Assembly (NCBI GenBank): GCA_002269645.1
Contig: NIVC01001474.1
Location: 1 to 64,000, forward strand
DNA from: Macrostomum lignano
Lineage: Eukaryota
DNA: 64,000 nt
Direction of reading: 5' to 3'
The notes beneath the pieces are model-generated. The model made no database searches. It was not told where the DNA came from and saw only the letters and a program-made list of their open reading frames with translations. Made by a program: the position numbers and the translations under genes. This document shows positions 13,276 to 27,961 of this stretch, piece after piece; the stretch's first letter is position 1; each line of letters opens with the position of its first letter.

Positions 13276-16200
13276 CTACAGCATCCACAGCAAGCTCAGG
13301 CCAGCGGCAGTCGCAACTGCAGTCACGCCAAACTGCAGGCTCAGTCTTCGACCAGAGTTCGCCGGCTGATGTACACTCAAGGACGCTGGCAGGGTGACCA
13401 TCTCTCTCGCCTCCTGCTCAGCCTGAGTGCCGAGAGCCGCCTCATGATAAGAGAAGCTGACGCACTGCCTGCTGCACTGCTCAGACGGATCCCCCAGTCT
13501 GCAGACAATTGTGGAGCAGAGCAGCTGCATGCTACCGGAACCGATGCCACCACTGCTGGTGTTGAACATGAATGCCTGCAAAAAATAATGATCAAGTTCT
13601 GGTTGTTTGCAATTTAATTTGGCTTGTAACTGCCAGAACATTCTGACATAAAAATTTCATAAGAAAATTTCAATTGATAGGGTAAATATCAGTTGTAGAC
13701 AATTCTGCCATCAATAACACATTATTTTAACACACTTTTTACATGATTCCGTAAGTATCTTAAGCACATACTTTGTACATGATGCATGTTATATACTACT
13801 GACATACATAATTCACGTGTCTTTAGAAACCCTCAGTGCCTATGATTTAAAATGTGTCAGAATCATTTATGGAGGCATGTCTGAGGGTCAGGGTCAGGCT
13901 TCTATCAATGTCAGAATCATGTCGAAATGTGTATGACTATATGTAACAAATAAATACGAATTATGTTCGTGTACAAGTATACCAAAAGCGAAACTATCCA
14001 CTTATTTACAAGATGTAAGTGCCGTGGGATTTTTAAAAAATGTCAGAATAGTACAATAAGCATGTCAAGATGACGTAATAAGCATGTCAAGATGACGTAA
14101 TAAGCATGTCAAGATGACGTAATAAGCATTTCAAGATGACGTAATAAGCATGTCAAGATGACGTAATAAGCATGTCAAGATGACGTAATAAGCATGTCAA
14201 GATGACGTAATAAGCATGTCAAGATGACGTAATAAGCATGTCAGGATGACGTAATAAGCATGTCAGTATGACATAAAGAGCATGTCAGTATGACGTAATA
14301 AGCATGCAAGGATGATTTAACAAGCATATTAGGATGACGTAATAATCATCCCAGGATGATGTAACTAGCATATTAGGATCATGTACTAAGCATGTCAGAA
14401 TAATTTATGTACTAACGGTAGTTGTATCATACAATTCATCTTTAAAGCACTGTTAAAGCTAAATAAACAATGCAAGCAAAGACACTTGCCTGAAAGCGCA
14501 CTGCCATGGCGGTATTATTCACTGGGATCAGTATGACGCTGCCATCCCTTGGGCACTTATTCTCCACTAGAGTGGCATTCTGCTGACCGTCGGTGGCCCA
14601 GCAGCTGTTAACCACAAGCCAGCTGCTGGTCAAATTTGCGGCTCCGCGCAGCACCACCGCGGCATAGAGAATGGTGCCGACCTCCACGCTGCCCGAGATC
14701 GGGCCGTCAGTGAAGTTGCCGCCTGTCAGGCCTCTGAGAGTGTGAAAGGTGAGCAATGAAAGCGATTTTTACTTTTGGGATGAAGGTGCTTTTCACCTGC
14801 TGATTATCTGATAGTCACTCTCGGATAGTCACTCTCGGATATTCACTCTCGCATAGTCACTCTCGCATAGTCACTCTCAGATAGTCACTCTCGCATAGTC
14901 ACTCTCCGACAATCACTCTCAGATAGTGCCTCTTGGATTGTCACTCTCGGATTATTGTCACTCTCGGATATTCACTCTCAGATAGTCACTGTCGCATTGT
15001 CACTCTCGCATAGTCACTCTAGGATAGTCACTCGGGTGATAGTCACTCTCAGATAGTCACTCTCGGATAGTCACTCGGGTGATAATCACTCTCAGATAGT
15101 CACTCTCGCATAGTCACTCTCAGATAGTCACTCTTGCATAGTCACTCTAGGATATTCACTAGTACATAGTTACTTCTAAATGTCACTCTTGAATAATCCC
15201 TCTTTGATAGGTCAATCTCTAATCGTCACACTTAAATAATAAACATACACTCTATCTTAGTCACTCTCTAACAGTCACTCCTATATAGTCATTCTAAAAA
15301 CTTCGTTGACGCCATCATCACCTGAGGCCCACACTTATATATGATGATTTTACTACCCACATCGGTACCGATGTCTCCCACAAGCGCATTTTCACCTGTA
15401 GATCTCCACAACAGACACACCGCCCGAGTGACCATCGATTGCGCTCGTGGGGGTGACGAAGTCCGGCCCGATGGACTGGCCGGTCGCCAGGGTCTCTTTA
15501 GCCAATCGGCAGTACAAATCGAAACTCATTGGCGGTCGCACATAGTTGCCAATTGAATTCTTTTCGCCTAGGAAGCGCATCAGCAGGTGGTACTGCGTGT
15601 ACTGGGCCGTCTGACCCGACACCGCGGCGCATGTTGAATAGCTCTGCACCTTGGCGCACACCTGACATGATTGGGGAAGTGAGAAAGTCTTTTCTTTTCG
15701 GTCTTTCAGTAGTCATTTTTTATAGTCACTCTCGGATAGCCACTCTGGGATAGTCACTCTCGGATAGTCACTCTCGGATAGCCACTCTCGGATAGTCACT
15801 CTCTGATAGTCACTCTCTGATAGTCACTCTCGGATAGCCACTCTGGGATAGTCACTCTCGGATAGCCACTCTGGGATAGTCACTCTCGGATAGTCACTCT
15901 CTGATAGTCACTCTCGGATAGTCACTCTCTGATAGTCACTCTCGGATAGCCACTCTGGGATAGTCACTCTCGGATAGTCACTCTCTGATAGTCACTCTCT
16001 GATAGTCACTCTCGGATAGTCACTCTCGGATAGTCACTCTCGGATAGTCACTCTCTGATAGTCACTCTCGGATAGTCACTCTCTGATAGTCACTCTCGGA
16101 TAGCCACTCTGGGATAGTCACTCTCGGATAGCCACTCTGGAATAGTCACTCTCGGATAGTCACTCTCGGATAGCCACTCTCGGATAGTCACTCTCTAATA

Positions 16201-19200
16201 GTCACTCTCGGATAGTCACTCTCGGATAGCCACTCTCGGATAGTCACTCTCTGATAGTCACTCTCTGATAGTCACTTTCGGATAGTCACTCTCGGAAAAT
16301 GATCACTCTCGGATAGTCACTCTCAGATAGTCACTCTCGGAAAATGATCACTCTCGGATAGTCACTCTCTGATAGTCACTCTCGGATAGTCACTCTCAGA
16401 TAGTCACTCTAGGATAGTCACTCTTGGATAGTCCCTCTCGGATAGTCACTTTTGGACAGTCACTTTCGGATAGTCACTCTTGGATAATAAATCTCAGATA
16501 GTCACTATAGGATAGTCACTCTCAGATAGTCCCTCTCGGATAGTCACTATAGGATAGTCACTCTTGGATAATAAATCTCAGATAGTCACTATAGGATAGT
16601 CACTCTTGGATAATAAATCTCAGATAGTCACTATAGGATAGTCACTCTTGGATAATAAATCTCAGATAGTCACTATAGGATAGTCACTCTTGGATAATAA
16701 ATCTCAGATAGTCACTATAGGATAGTCACTCTTGGATAATAAATCTCAGATAGTCACTATAGGATAGTCACTCTTGGATAATAAATCTCAGATAGTCACT
16801 ATAGGATAGTCACTCTTGGATAATAAATCTCAGATAGTCACTATAGGATAGTCACTCTTGGATAATCACTCTCAGATGGTCACTCTCGGATAGTCACTCT
16901 CGGAAAATGATCACTCTCGGATAGTCACTCTCAGATAGTCACTCCTGTATAGTCACTCTCAGATAGTCACTCCTGTATAGTCACTCTCAGATTGTCACTC
17001 TCACATAGTCACTCAGTATATATAAAGCAAGCATCCCGGTCAGCCTCATACCTGAGCAGGTGTCACTTCGCTAATAACAACGCAGCCGCTGACTTCAGTG
17101 GCATTGTACATCAACTGCAGCTCGCTCATCGAACTGATGGCATTGGTGCCGAAGCAGATTCTGGCTTCCTGACGATAGCAGACCAGCGTGGGACTCGGCA
17201 TCGGCTTGGGTGTGGGCGCCACAGGGTTGCAGGCCACTGCCAGCCGGTTGTGAACCTCATAGCAGCCACTTGCCGACTGCCAATTGCAGTTGATTAACCG
17301 GTCACCGGGTTTGCAGTTCAACTGCTCCACCGTGGTGTTCTCAGTCGGGTCGCTTGGATTCGGCTTGTACCGGCCCGTGATGGGGTAGGCGCTCTCGGGA
17401 CTGCGGGGGAGTTGGGGAAGTTTGACAGCGGAGGTGAGGTGGGTGCGCGGAGGTGAGGTGGGTGCGCGGAGTTGAGGTGGGTGCGCGGAGGTGAGGTGGA
17501 TGCGTGGAGGTGAGGTGGGTGCTCGGAGGTGAGGTTAATGCGTGGAGGTGAGGTGAATGCGCGGAGGTGAGGTGAAGGCGCGAAGGTGAGGTGGGTGCGC
17601 GGAGGTGAGGTGGGTGCGCGGAGATGAGGTGGGTGCGCGGAGGTGAGGTGGGTGCTCGGAGGTGAGGTGGGTGCACGGAGGTGAGGTGGATGCGCGGAGG
17701 TGAGGTGGGTGCTCGGAGGTGAGGTGGGTGCTCGGAGGTGAGGTGGGTGCTCGGAGGTGAGGTGGGTGCTCGGAGGTGAGGTGGGTGCTCGGAGGTGAGG
17801 TGGATGCACGGAGGTGAGGTGGATGTGTGGAGGTGAGGTGGATGCGCGGAGGTGAGGTGGGTGCGTGGAGGTGAGGTGGATGCGCGGAGGTGAGGTGGAT
17901 GCGCGGAGGTGAGGTGGGTGCGCGGAGGTGAGGTTTGTGCTCGCTGGCACTCACTTGGCGAATCCGAGGCTTCTGCACACTGCGGCAGCTTCGTTCAAGC
18001 CGGCTCCCGTGGCGCACACGGTGCCGAGCTGTCCAGTAAGGCCGACCACCACCAGGCCTTCGCTGCTGGCGCTGTCCGGGCGCAGCTCCACCAGCTCGCA
18101 GGCCAGCTGCAGCCGGCGCTCGTTGCAGATGCCGGGAATTGCCGGGCCAGTCTTCACGTCGCAGTCGTTGTTGAGGTTCCACCGGCCCGTTTGGGAGGGC
18201 TGCCGTTTGGGGTCCGGGGTGAGGGATTTTATTGACATTTTTAGACAGGAGACACCCCAGTCTGAAAGGACACACCCTAATCTGACAGGAGACACCCCAG
18301 TCTGACAGGAGACACCCTAGTCTGACAGGAGACACCCCAGTCTGACAGGAGACACCCTAGTCTGACAGGAGACACCCCAGTCTGACAGGAGACACCCCAG
18401 TCTGACAGGAGACACCCCAGTCTGACAGGAGATACCCCAGTCTGACAGGAGATACTTCAGTCAAAAAAGAAAAGCTTTAATCCACCTAAGAAGCACCATA
18501 ATCCACTAAAAAACACCATCATTCACTAGGAGACACCCTAATACAACAAAAGACACTCTAATCCACCAGAAGACACCCCAATTCACCAGAAGACACCCTA
18601 ATCCACTAAAAGACACTCTAATCTACTAAAAGATACCCTAATCCACTAAAAGACACTCTAATCCACTAAAAGACACCCTAATCCACTAAAAGACGCCCTA
18701 ATACAACAGAAGACACTCTAATTCACCAGAAGACACTCTAATCCACCAGAAGACACCCTAATCCACTAAAAGACACCCTAATCCACTAGAAGACGCCCTA
18801 ATGCAACAGAAGACACTCTAATCCACCAGAAGACACTCTAATCCACTAATTGACGCCCTAATACAACAGCTGACACCCTAATCCACTAAGTGACACCCTA
18901 ATCCACTAATTTACACTCTAATCCACCAGAAGACACTCTTATCCACCATAAGACACCCCAACCCACCAGAAGACACCCCAACCCACCAGAAGACACCCCA
19001 ACCCACCAGAAGACACCCTAATACACTAGAAGACACCTCAACCCACCAGAAGACACCCCCATTCACCAGAAGACACCCTAATCCACCAGAAGACACCCAA
19101 ATCCACCAGAAGACACTCTAATCCACCAGAAGACACCCAAATCCACCAGAAGACACCCCAATCCACCAGAAGACACACTGATCCACTAAAAGACACCCCA

Positions 19201-21623
19201 ATCCACCAGAAGACACCCTAATACACCAGAAGACACCTCAACCCACCAGAAGACACCTCAACCCACCAGAAGACACCCCAACCCACCAGAAGACACCCTA
19301 ATACACCAGAAGACACCTCAACCCACCAGAAGACACCCTAATCCACCAGAAGACACCCAAATCCACCAGAAGACACCTCAACTCACCAGAAGACACCCCA
19401 ACCTACCAGAAGACACCTCAACTCACCAGAAGACACCTCAACCCACCAGAAGGCACCCTAATACATCAGAAGACACCTCAACTCACCAGAAGACACCCCA
19501 ACCTACCAGAAGACACCTCAACTCACCAGAAGACACCCCAACCCACCAGACGACACCTCAACCCACCAGAAGACACCTCAACTCACCAGAAGACACCCCA
19601 ACTCACCAGAATACACCTCAACTCACCACAGAAGACACCCCAACCCACCAGAAGACACTCCAACCCACCAGACGACACCCTAATACACTAGAAGACACCC
19701 CAAATCCACCAGAAGACACCCCAATCCACCAGAAGACACCCCAACCCACCAGAAGACACCTCAACTCACCAGAAGACACCCAAACCTACTAGAAGACACC
19801 TCAACTCACCAGAAGACACCTCAACTCACGACAGAAGACACCCCAACCCACCAGAAGACACCTCAACCCACCATAAGACACCTCAACTCACCAGAAGACA
19901 CCCCAACTCACCAGAATACACCTCAACTCACCACAGAAGACACCCCAACCCAGCAGAAGACACCCCAACCCACCAGAAGACACCCTAATACACTAGAAGA
20001 CACCCCAAATCCACCAGAAGACACCTCAACCCACCAGAAGGCACCCTAATACATTAGAAGAGAGCAACTCTATGAAAGGACATGCCAACCTACGCAAATC
20101 AGAAATTGAATTTGCTCTCACATCGTAACCATGGCAACCATTCAAAGCGACAACAACCGCTGGCGCGGTGCCCTTGAAAAATGTGACTCGCACAGCCGAG
20201 GAGTTGGCCTTTCCCAGCAGGTAAGTGCAAACCGCCGTCCCAACCCTTGAGTCGTTCAGCATACACACGCTGCCGACTTGGCCATTGTCAAGCTCGGCCA
20301 GCAGCAGTCCGCTCTGGGAGCCGCTGCCCAGACTGGCTCGCTCAATTTTGAGGCCTGAGTTGATTGACAAGTTGTGTTTCAGTAGATTCAGAATGCTGAG
20401 ATTCTTATAATGTGATAAAAATTCTAGAATGAGATTCTGGAAATAAGATTAGATCTAAATAATAAGATTTTAAATTTGAAATTAGATTGAAAGAATGAGA
20501 TTTTCAGGATGAGATTGGATCTAGGATGAGATTCTCAATATGGGATTAGATCTATAGGATTAGATTCTCAAGATGAGATTTAATCTAAAGGATGAGATTC
20601 TCAAAATGAGATTAGATCCATAGGATGAGATTCGATCCATAGGATGAGATTCTCTAGGTCTATTGGATAAAAGTCTCAAAATGAGATTAGATCTAAAGGA
20701 TGAGATTATCAAGATGAGATTAGATCCATAGGATGAGATTCTCTAGGTCTATTGGATAAAAGTCTCAAAATGAGATTAGATCTAAAGGATGAGATTCTCA
20801 AGATGAGATTAGATCCATGGGATGAGATTCTCTAGATCTGTTAGATAAAAGTCTCAAAATGAGATTAGATCTAAAGGATGAGATTCTCAAGATGAGATTA
20901 GATCCATAGGATGAGATTCTCTAGATCTGTTAGATAAAAGTCTCAAAATGAGATTAGATCTAAAGGATGAGATTCTCAAGATGAGATTAGATCCATAGGA
21001 TGAGATTCGATCCATAGGATGAGATTCTCTAGGTCTATTGGATAAAAGTCTCAAAATGAGATTAGATCTAAAGGATGAGATTATCAAGATGTGATTAGAT
21101 CCATAGGATGAGATTCTCAAATTGGAATTACATCTAAAGGTTGCGATTCTCTAGATGAGATTAGATTTAATGAGTAAAATTTTCAAGATGAAAATAGATC
21201 TATATGTATAATATTCTCACGATTGGATTATATTTAAAGAATAAGAGTTTCAAGATGAGAATATATCTATAAGGTGAGATTCTTTTGGTGAGATTAGATT
21301 AAAAAGAATAGGATTTTCAAAACAACCTTAGATCCATTGGGTTAGATTCTCAAGATGAGATTAGATCCATAAACGAGGTTCAGAAAGCTGAGACTAACTT
21401 GGAAGGATGAGATTAGACGAGATTTGTTGGATTCAAATATAAGATTCTTCAAACCAAAGAATCAAGGAGAATGAGATTAGATGAGTTTAGATGAGATGAG
21501 ATTAATTTGAGTAAATCAAATGAGTGAAAGAAGGCAAATTAACTTACAATTTCCATCTTCTGGAAGCAACAACAGTGCAAAACCCAGAAATACAAGAACA
21601 AAAAATCGATTAGAAAGCAACAT
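13276..21623 (-). CDS. Secreted or membrane-anchored SRCR-SRCR-ZP domain protein (DMBT1/scavenger receptor-ZP-like), 7 exons
   Basis: Phase-compatible exons 21623-21548 (signal peptide [25 protein letters not shown]), 20354-20122, 18199-17955, 17400-17052, 15661-15396, 14733-14490, 13575-13276. SRCR-like motifs G.V.SVC..AVC and GTVC...[13 protein letters not shown] motifs [12 protein letters not shown] and [18 protein letters not shown]. Hydrophobic C-terminal tail. No frameshift needed. Confidence 0.88.
14056..14360. repeat. 22-bp intronic minisatellite TAATAAGCATGTCAAGATGACG
   Basis: Tandem units, degenerating toward the right. Confidence 0.92.
14810..17013. repeat. 14-bp minisatellite GGATAGTCACTCTC in both introns flanking exon 5 (about 14810-15160 and 15723-17013)
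   Basis: The same unit occurs on both sides of exon 15396-15661; a higher-order variant appears at ~16480-16870. Confidence 0.92.
17425..17935. repeat. 19-bp intronic minisatellite GGAGGTGAGGTGGGTGCGC
   Basis: Tandem periodicity visible. Confidence 0.93.
18243..20055. repeat. 20-bp intronic minisatellite GACACCCCAGTCTGACAGGA grading into GACACCCCAATCCACCAGAA
   Basis: Tandem periodicity with a gradual change of unit along the array. Confidence 0.93.
20440..21400. repeat. Degenerate GATGAGATT-based intronic tandem repeat
   Basis: Recurrent GGATGAGATTCTC / GAGATTAGATC blocks. Confidence 0.85.
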
Positions 21624-22104
21624 TAAATCCAACCTCAAAGCTAGATTAATTTCTTCAAACTGAGTTTTTAGTATGCCAGAAATCTTGTGAATCAAAGAAG
21701 AAAATATAATTGATTAATTTCTCTAACCAGGCTGACTCGTCACCTTATTCTGCATTCATGTTTCTGAGAAATTAATTCGAAGAGACGCTTAATAAGGCGC
21801 GTGTTGACTCAGGCCGCAGAGCAATGAGTCGACTTTAGGGCTCATATCTTATCAAGGCTTGGTCAACAACAGAAAAAATGCTGTTTTGAGAGAGAAAAAC
21901 GACGCCCATGTTTGGTTGCTAGGCAGGACGGGGGTGAATACCTCAGCCACCTCACAGTTGCAGACGCTGTGAAGTTGCGTTTCAGTTTTTAATGTCATAG
22001 CTATCGAACTTATGCATAAGCTTGTTATTTTATTGCTGTTTATTTGAATACTGATTGTAATTATATAGAATAGGATTGGCGTAAGATTAAAATAAGATGA
22101 AGGT

Positions 22105-23130
22105 GAGATTAAACTGAGATAAGGGTGGGATTAGGATGAGATTGAAATGAGATTAGAATGAGATTGGGTTGAGATTAGAATGAGATTGGGATGGGATGGG
22201 ATCGGGATAAGATTAGGATGAGATTAGGAATGAGATTAGGATGAGATTGGGATGAGATTAGAATGGGATTCGGATGAGATTAGAATGAGATTGGGATGAG
22301 ATTAGAATGAGATTAGGATGAGATTGGAATGGGATTGGGATGGGATCGGGATAAGATTAGGATGAGATTGAAATGAGATTAAGATGAGATTGGGATGAAA
22401 TTAGGATTGGATTCGGATGAGATTAGAATGAGATTGGGATGAGATTAAAATGAGATTAGGATGAGATTGGAATGGGATTAGAATGAGATTGGGATGAGAT
22501 TAGGATGAGATTGGAATGAGATTAGAATGAGATTGGGTTGAGATTAGAATGAGATTGGGATGGGATAAGGATAATACTAGGATGAGATTGAAATGAGATT
22601 AGGATGAGATTGGGATGAGATTAGGATTGGATTCGGATGAGATTAGAATAAGATTGGGATGAGATTGGAATGAGATTAGGATGAGATTGGAATGGGATTA
22701 GAATGAGATGGGATGAGATTAGGATGAGATTGGGTTGAGATTAGAATGAGATTGGGATGAGATTACAATGAGATTAGGATGAGATTGGAATGGGATTAGA
22801 ATGAGATTGGGTTGAGATTAGAATGAGATTGGAATGAGATTAGAATGAGATTGGGATGGGATCGGGATAAGATTAGGATGAGATTGGAATGAGATTAGGG
22901 TGAGATTGGGATGAGATTAGAATGGGATTCGGATGAGATTAGAATGAGATTGGGACAAAATTGGAATAAGTTTGAGTGAGATTGGGATGAGATTACACCG
23001 AGATTTATGCTGAGATAAAAATATTGAGATTAAAATGAGATTGAGACAAGATTGGGGATGATATTACACTGAGATTGAGATGAGATTGAAATGAGAATAG
23101 TGTGAGATGGGAGTGAGACCAGGTTGAGAT
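22105..23130. repeat. ~10-bp GAGATTAGGAT/GAGATTGGGAT satellite; a related array lies at ~24830-25110
   Basis: Tandem periodicity visible. Confidence 0.9.
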
Positions 23131-23676
23131 AAAGATGAGCTTATCATGAGATTGTAATAATCTTTTAGCTAAAAATTCCAAAAAACGTCATTGTCCAGAG
23201 ACAAACAAAAGTGCATTACTAATCTCACAAATGGCAGAATCTTCACAACGCGTCATTTTAGGCTTCCATCGCTTCTCTATAAAAAATGCCACAAAAAGGT
23301 ACTGATTTCTAGAAGGCACTGAAATCAGTGCGGCCCTCTTTTGTCTCTCGCATTCCTATTTAGAGAACTGTGCTCAAAAGAGTTGAGTACTTGCTCAAAC
23401 CTTGGAGCGACGTCCATACTCTTTCTTTACCGACTTATTGAGCATTGGGCAGCTCTGACCCCACCCCCCTGGCATTTGGCCAGCCTTCCGCTTCAAAACT
23501 CCCCAACTCCATTAACTCGTATGTTAGCCGCGTTGCCATGACAACAACGGGAAAAACTTTGAAGCATTTTTATATGACAATGGCTGTAAACAGAATTTTT
23601 GCGACTGTGCGCTCAAAAAGAACTTTTTGACTGTCTGTCTACCTGCTGAAATCTGTGCCAGTAACTGATACGGAAT

Positions 23677-24757
<1,081 letters not shown>

Positions 24758-26062
24758 CGTCACTTTTTGTTTCCTTGCTTACCTTGCATTGGTTTGCACT
24801 GTAGAAGACTTAGAAATAAGGTTTGGGTGAGGTTGAAATTGAATTAGAGTTATAGTTGGGATATAAAAGTAGAATTATATTGGAATGAGATGGAAATGGA
24901 ATTATGGTGAGATTGGGATGAGATTCAGGTGAGATCAAAGTGATATCAGGTGGAGATTGGGATGAGAATAGAGGGAGACGGAAGTGAGATTGAGGTGAGA
25001 TTAGGGTGAGCTTGGGGTGAGATTAGGGTGAGTGTGGGTGAGTTTATGGTAAGAATGGGGTGAGATTTGGATGAGAATGGAATGGAATTGCAGTGAGATT
25101 AGAATAAGACTTAGACAGCAATATTATAATAGGCTTCTAAGAAGCATCAAAAACTCAATGCAATTAAAAATTTGGTCTTTTCTGAGCGGTCTGCTAAAAC
25201 CTGAATATATTTTTTAAAACCCTGCAAACACCCGACAATAGACTCTTCATTCTAATTTTTGAGCGACCATAATGTTTATTGCCAGTATAGAAAGCCAAAT
25301 GAATTGATTTATGGCCCCAATTGTGTGATCTGGGTTCGCAAACTCATAACACAGTAAGGAAACGCCCATTGTTCGCAGTCGACACAGTTTGTCTTCTTAA
25401 TCAAAACTCACCATAGCAACCAGCCCAGGTCGTAAAATCCCCCGGCTTTGCCAAATGTAATGAATGTAAAAATTCGTTAATATAAGCTGTAAAACTGATT
25501 TTAATTCTCGCTTTTCAGAGACTACGACTTCCGCCTGACAACCAGAGCAAACCGCTTGACAACCCATGCAGAGCTGGTGTAGGTTGTTGACGAAGCAGCT
25601 CTGCCCCAAGTTAGATTTTGTGTGTTCACCTGTCGTTTGCTCTTAAATCCTACTGGCTCCTACTGTAAAACAAGTGAAGCTCATTGACAACTATAAAGTA
25701 CATAGAAGGACGCAAGTTATAAACTCAATTTTCACCAACAACAGCTAAGCAACAACATGCAACTAATGTGCATAAATTTATAATATATCGTCCCTAACAT
25801 CACTCGAAGTAAAATATCAAACCGATTATCACTTTCTATCAGAATTTAGACAATGTACCTCTAACTTTAACGCTCGCAAGTACTGTAATAGCAGTTACAA
25901 TTAAGCATTGCAATGCTTTTTTTAAATTATGAAGCTTTAGGGGCGGTACGATACTACTTAAAGTAGAAAAAATGTATCTTTAATAAATTTTTATAGTTAA
26001 TTGGACTAAAGCGGGTAAGGGTCTGTCTTCTGAAGCTTATTAAGAACTCGACTCCCTACTCG

Positions 26063-26313
26063 CGCCAACCCCTAAGGCACAGTGAAGTGTACATTTCTAA
26101 CGATAAATAGCTCGTAAAGTTAGGGCCCCTTACACTCCTGTGTGAGTGTGTGCCTGTGCGTATGACTGCGTACGTATCCGCGCGCTTGTGTGCCTGTCAT
26201 GCTTAGGGGAGTCTGCGGAATGGGCAGCAATGCCTCTCGCCCGTTGTGTGACAATGTCGCTTAATTAAAATGCGCCATGGTGCACACAGGCCCTGCTTCT
26301 AGCTATTAAAATA
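26063..26313 (+). mobile_element. 5'-truncated copy of the tRNA-derived SINE at 51182
   Basis: Collinear homology to 51318-51541 (GCCAACCCCT..AAGGC.CAGTGAAGTGTACAT; TACACTCCTGTGTGAGTGTGTGCCTG; TACGTATCCGCGCGCTTGT) and an A-rich end. Confidence 0.8.
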
Positions 26314-26949
26314 CAGCAGCCGAACTCTGCTTAAACTTTCGAAACTATTTAACTTGTGAATTAAAAATCTTTTTTAGTATCATAAAACCATGTTAGGACG
26401 ATTATAAACAGCAAGGTATTTATAACAAAGAAACTGTGTTCGATTCGCCCATCGCGACATCGTGAGAGTCAGTCTCCAGGAAACTTGATGCCTCGCTCAT
26501 CCCTGACAGTGATGCGCAGAAGGCATAGCAGAATACAGGATAAAGGATTTCCTGCAGCTTTCCATTGTGTTTTGTCTAACTGTTTGCAAAGACAGCATCC
26601 ACCCTGGTGTTTCCTGTGGGGCGCATGGGTTGCAGGGTCGGCTATAAGGAACGGGACGGAAGTCAACGAATCCTTTGTCTCCCGCATCTTTTCTTGAGCA
26701 ACTTGCGCTGAAATGAAGACAACTGCAGATTTTTTTCTTTCTTTAGTTGATCCAAAACGCTTTCTGTAATGCAATCGGAGGTTTTAATAACGTTTTTTGC
26801 TGTTAATCTTCTTTTAGATGAAGCTAGGGGCTTCGTAGGCAGTACGCGACTATGTGAGCTGGAACTTTACAGCTGGTAAACAAGAATATAGCATATCAAT
26901 ACGAGTACTCACAGGAATGTACACAGCGGCTTCGAGTTTGCCCTAAAGG

Positions 26950-27371
26950 GTCCTGAGCCACCAGCGACGTGGGTGCGGATGGGCAGTCGAACAGATGGTT
27001 TCTTAGTCTTCGGAGCGGTTGCAGCGAGGGCAGGTGGGCGAGGCGCCGCTGTCAATTTTGTGCTGGTAAGAGGAAAGGAGCTTGCAGTGGCCAGATCGGA
27101 GTTGAGACAGCAGGACGCGCTGAGCCCTACATGTAGGAAGGGGCAGTTCCCATCGGTCGATGTGAGGCGGCTGTTCTTGAATCACCTTGTTTGAGCCGCT
27201 CATGGCTAGGTGCCTTTGGATGCACCAGGCTGTCTGCAGGTCCTTCACAACTTGGCCGAGCGGCTGAGGATGGTCTTGGTGCAGGTGGATGTTATGTGCA
27301 GGTAGGCGGGATGGAGGGCATGGATCCGGGGTCGCACAACACTGATGAAAACTCCGACAGGTACAAAACAA
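26950..27371 (-). mobile_element. 5'-truncated non-LTR retrotransposon fragment (ORF2 C-terminus with Cys motif)
   Basis: RVLLSQLRSGHCKLLSSYQHKIDSGASPTCPRC is the typical post-RT C-terminal motif of LINE ORF2. Confidence 0.75.
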
Positions 27372-27961
27372 GCTGGAGTGTGAAGAACAAGAATTAGTTT
27401 ATTTGAGCAAATTTCTGATTCAAACTTCTCAATGCAACGATTTTTGCACTTTTTGATCTTTGAGCTTTTGGCATACTCATAGAATCAATTGATTTTAGAC
27501 GTACAATAACCTGCTTCAATTTAGTGCACTTTGAAGTACGCATTCTTTCGGAGGTTTACAGGCTTTGCACTTAAATTTCTTGAATGCATTTTTGATTCTA
27601 TAGCTTTTAATGAATGTTACATGGAATTTTTACGAGTATCTGAAAAGTATATAGGGGCATCGGTTCGGTTTTTGGGAGTTTCACGTGCGAATCCATTGTA
27701 ACATCCTGCTTATTGTGTTGGAGCTCCAGATCAGATAATTTGTCATATTCAAATATTCGACCCATTGCCTAACAACGAGCACTATTTGCCAAGTTTTGCA
27801 ATTACTACTAACTAAACTACTAAAATAACTTCTTGCTATTTTCTTGGGAGCTGCTGTACCGGTTTGGCCAATCAGATTACAGAGATACAGTTCCTGAGGA
27901 AAAAAGTTAAGATTTGAATCCCACACATGAAGAGCTGAATAGCCTCATCTAAATTGCAAAA

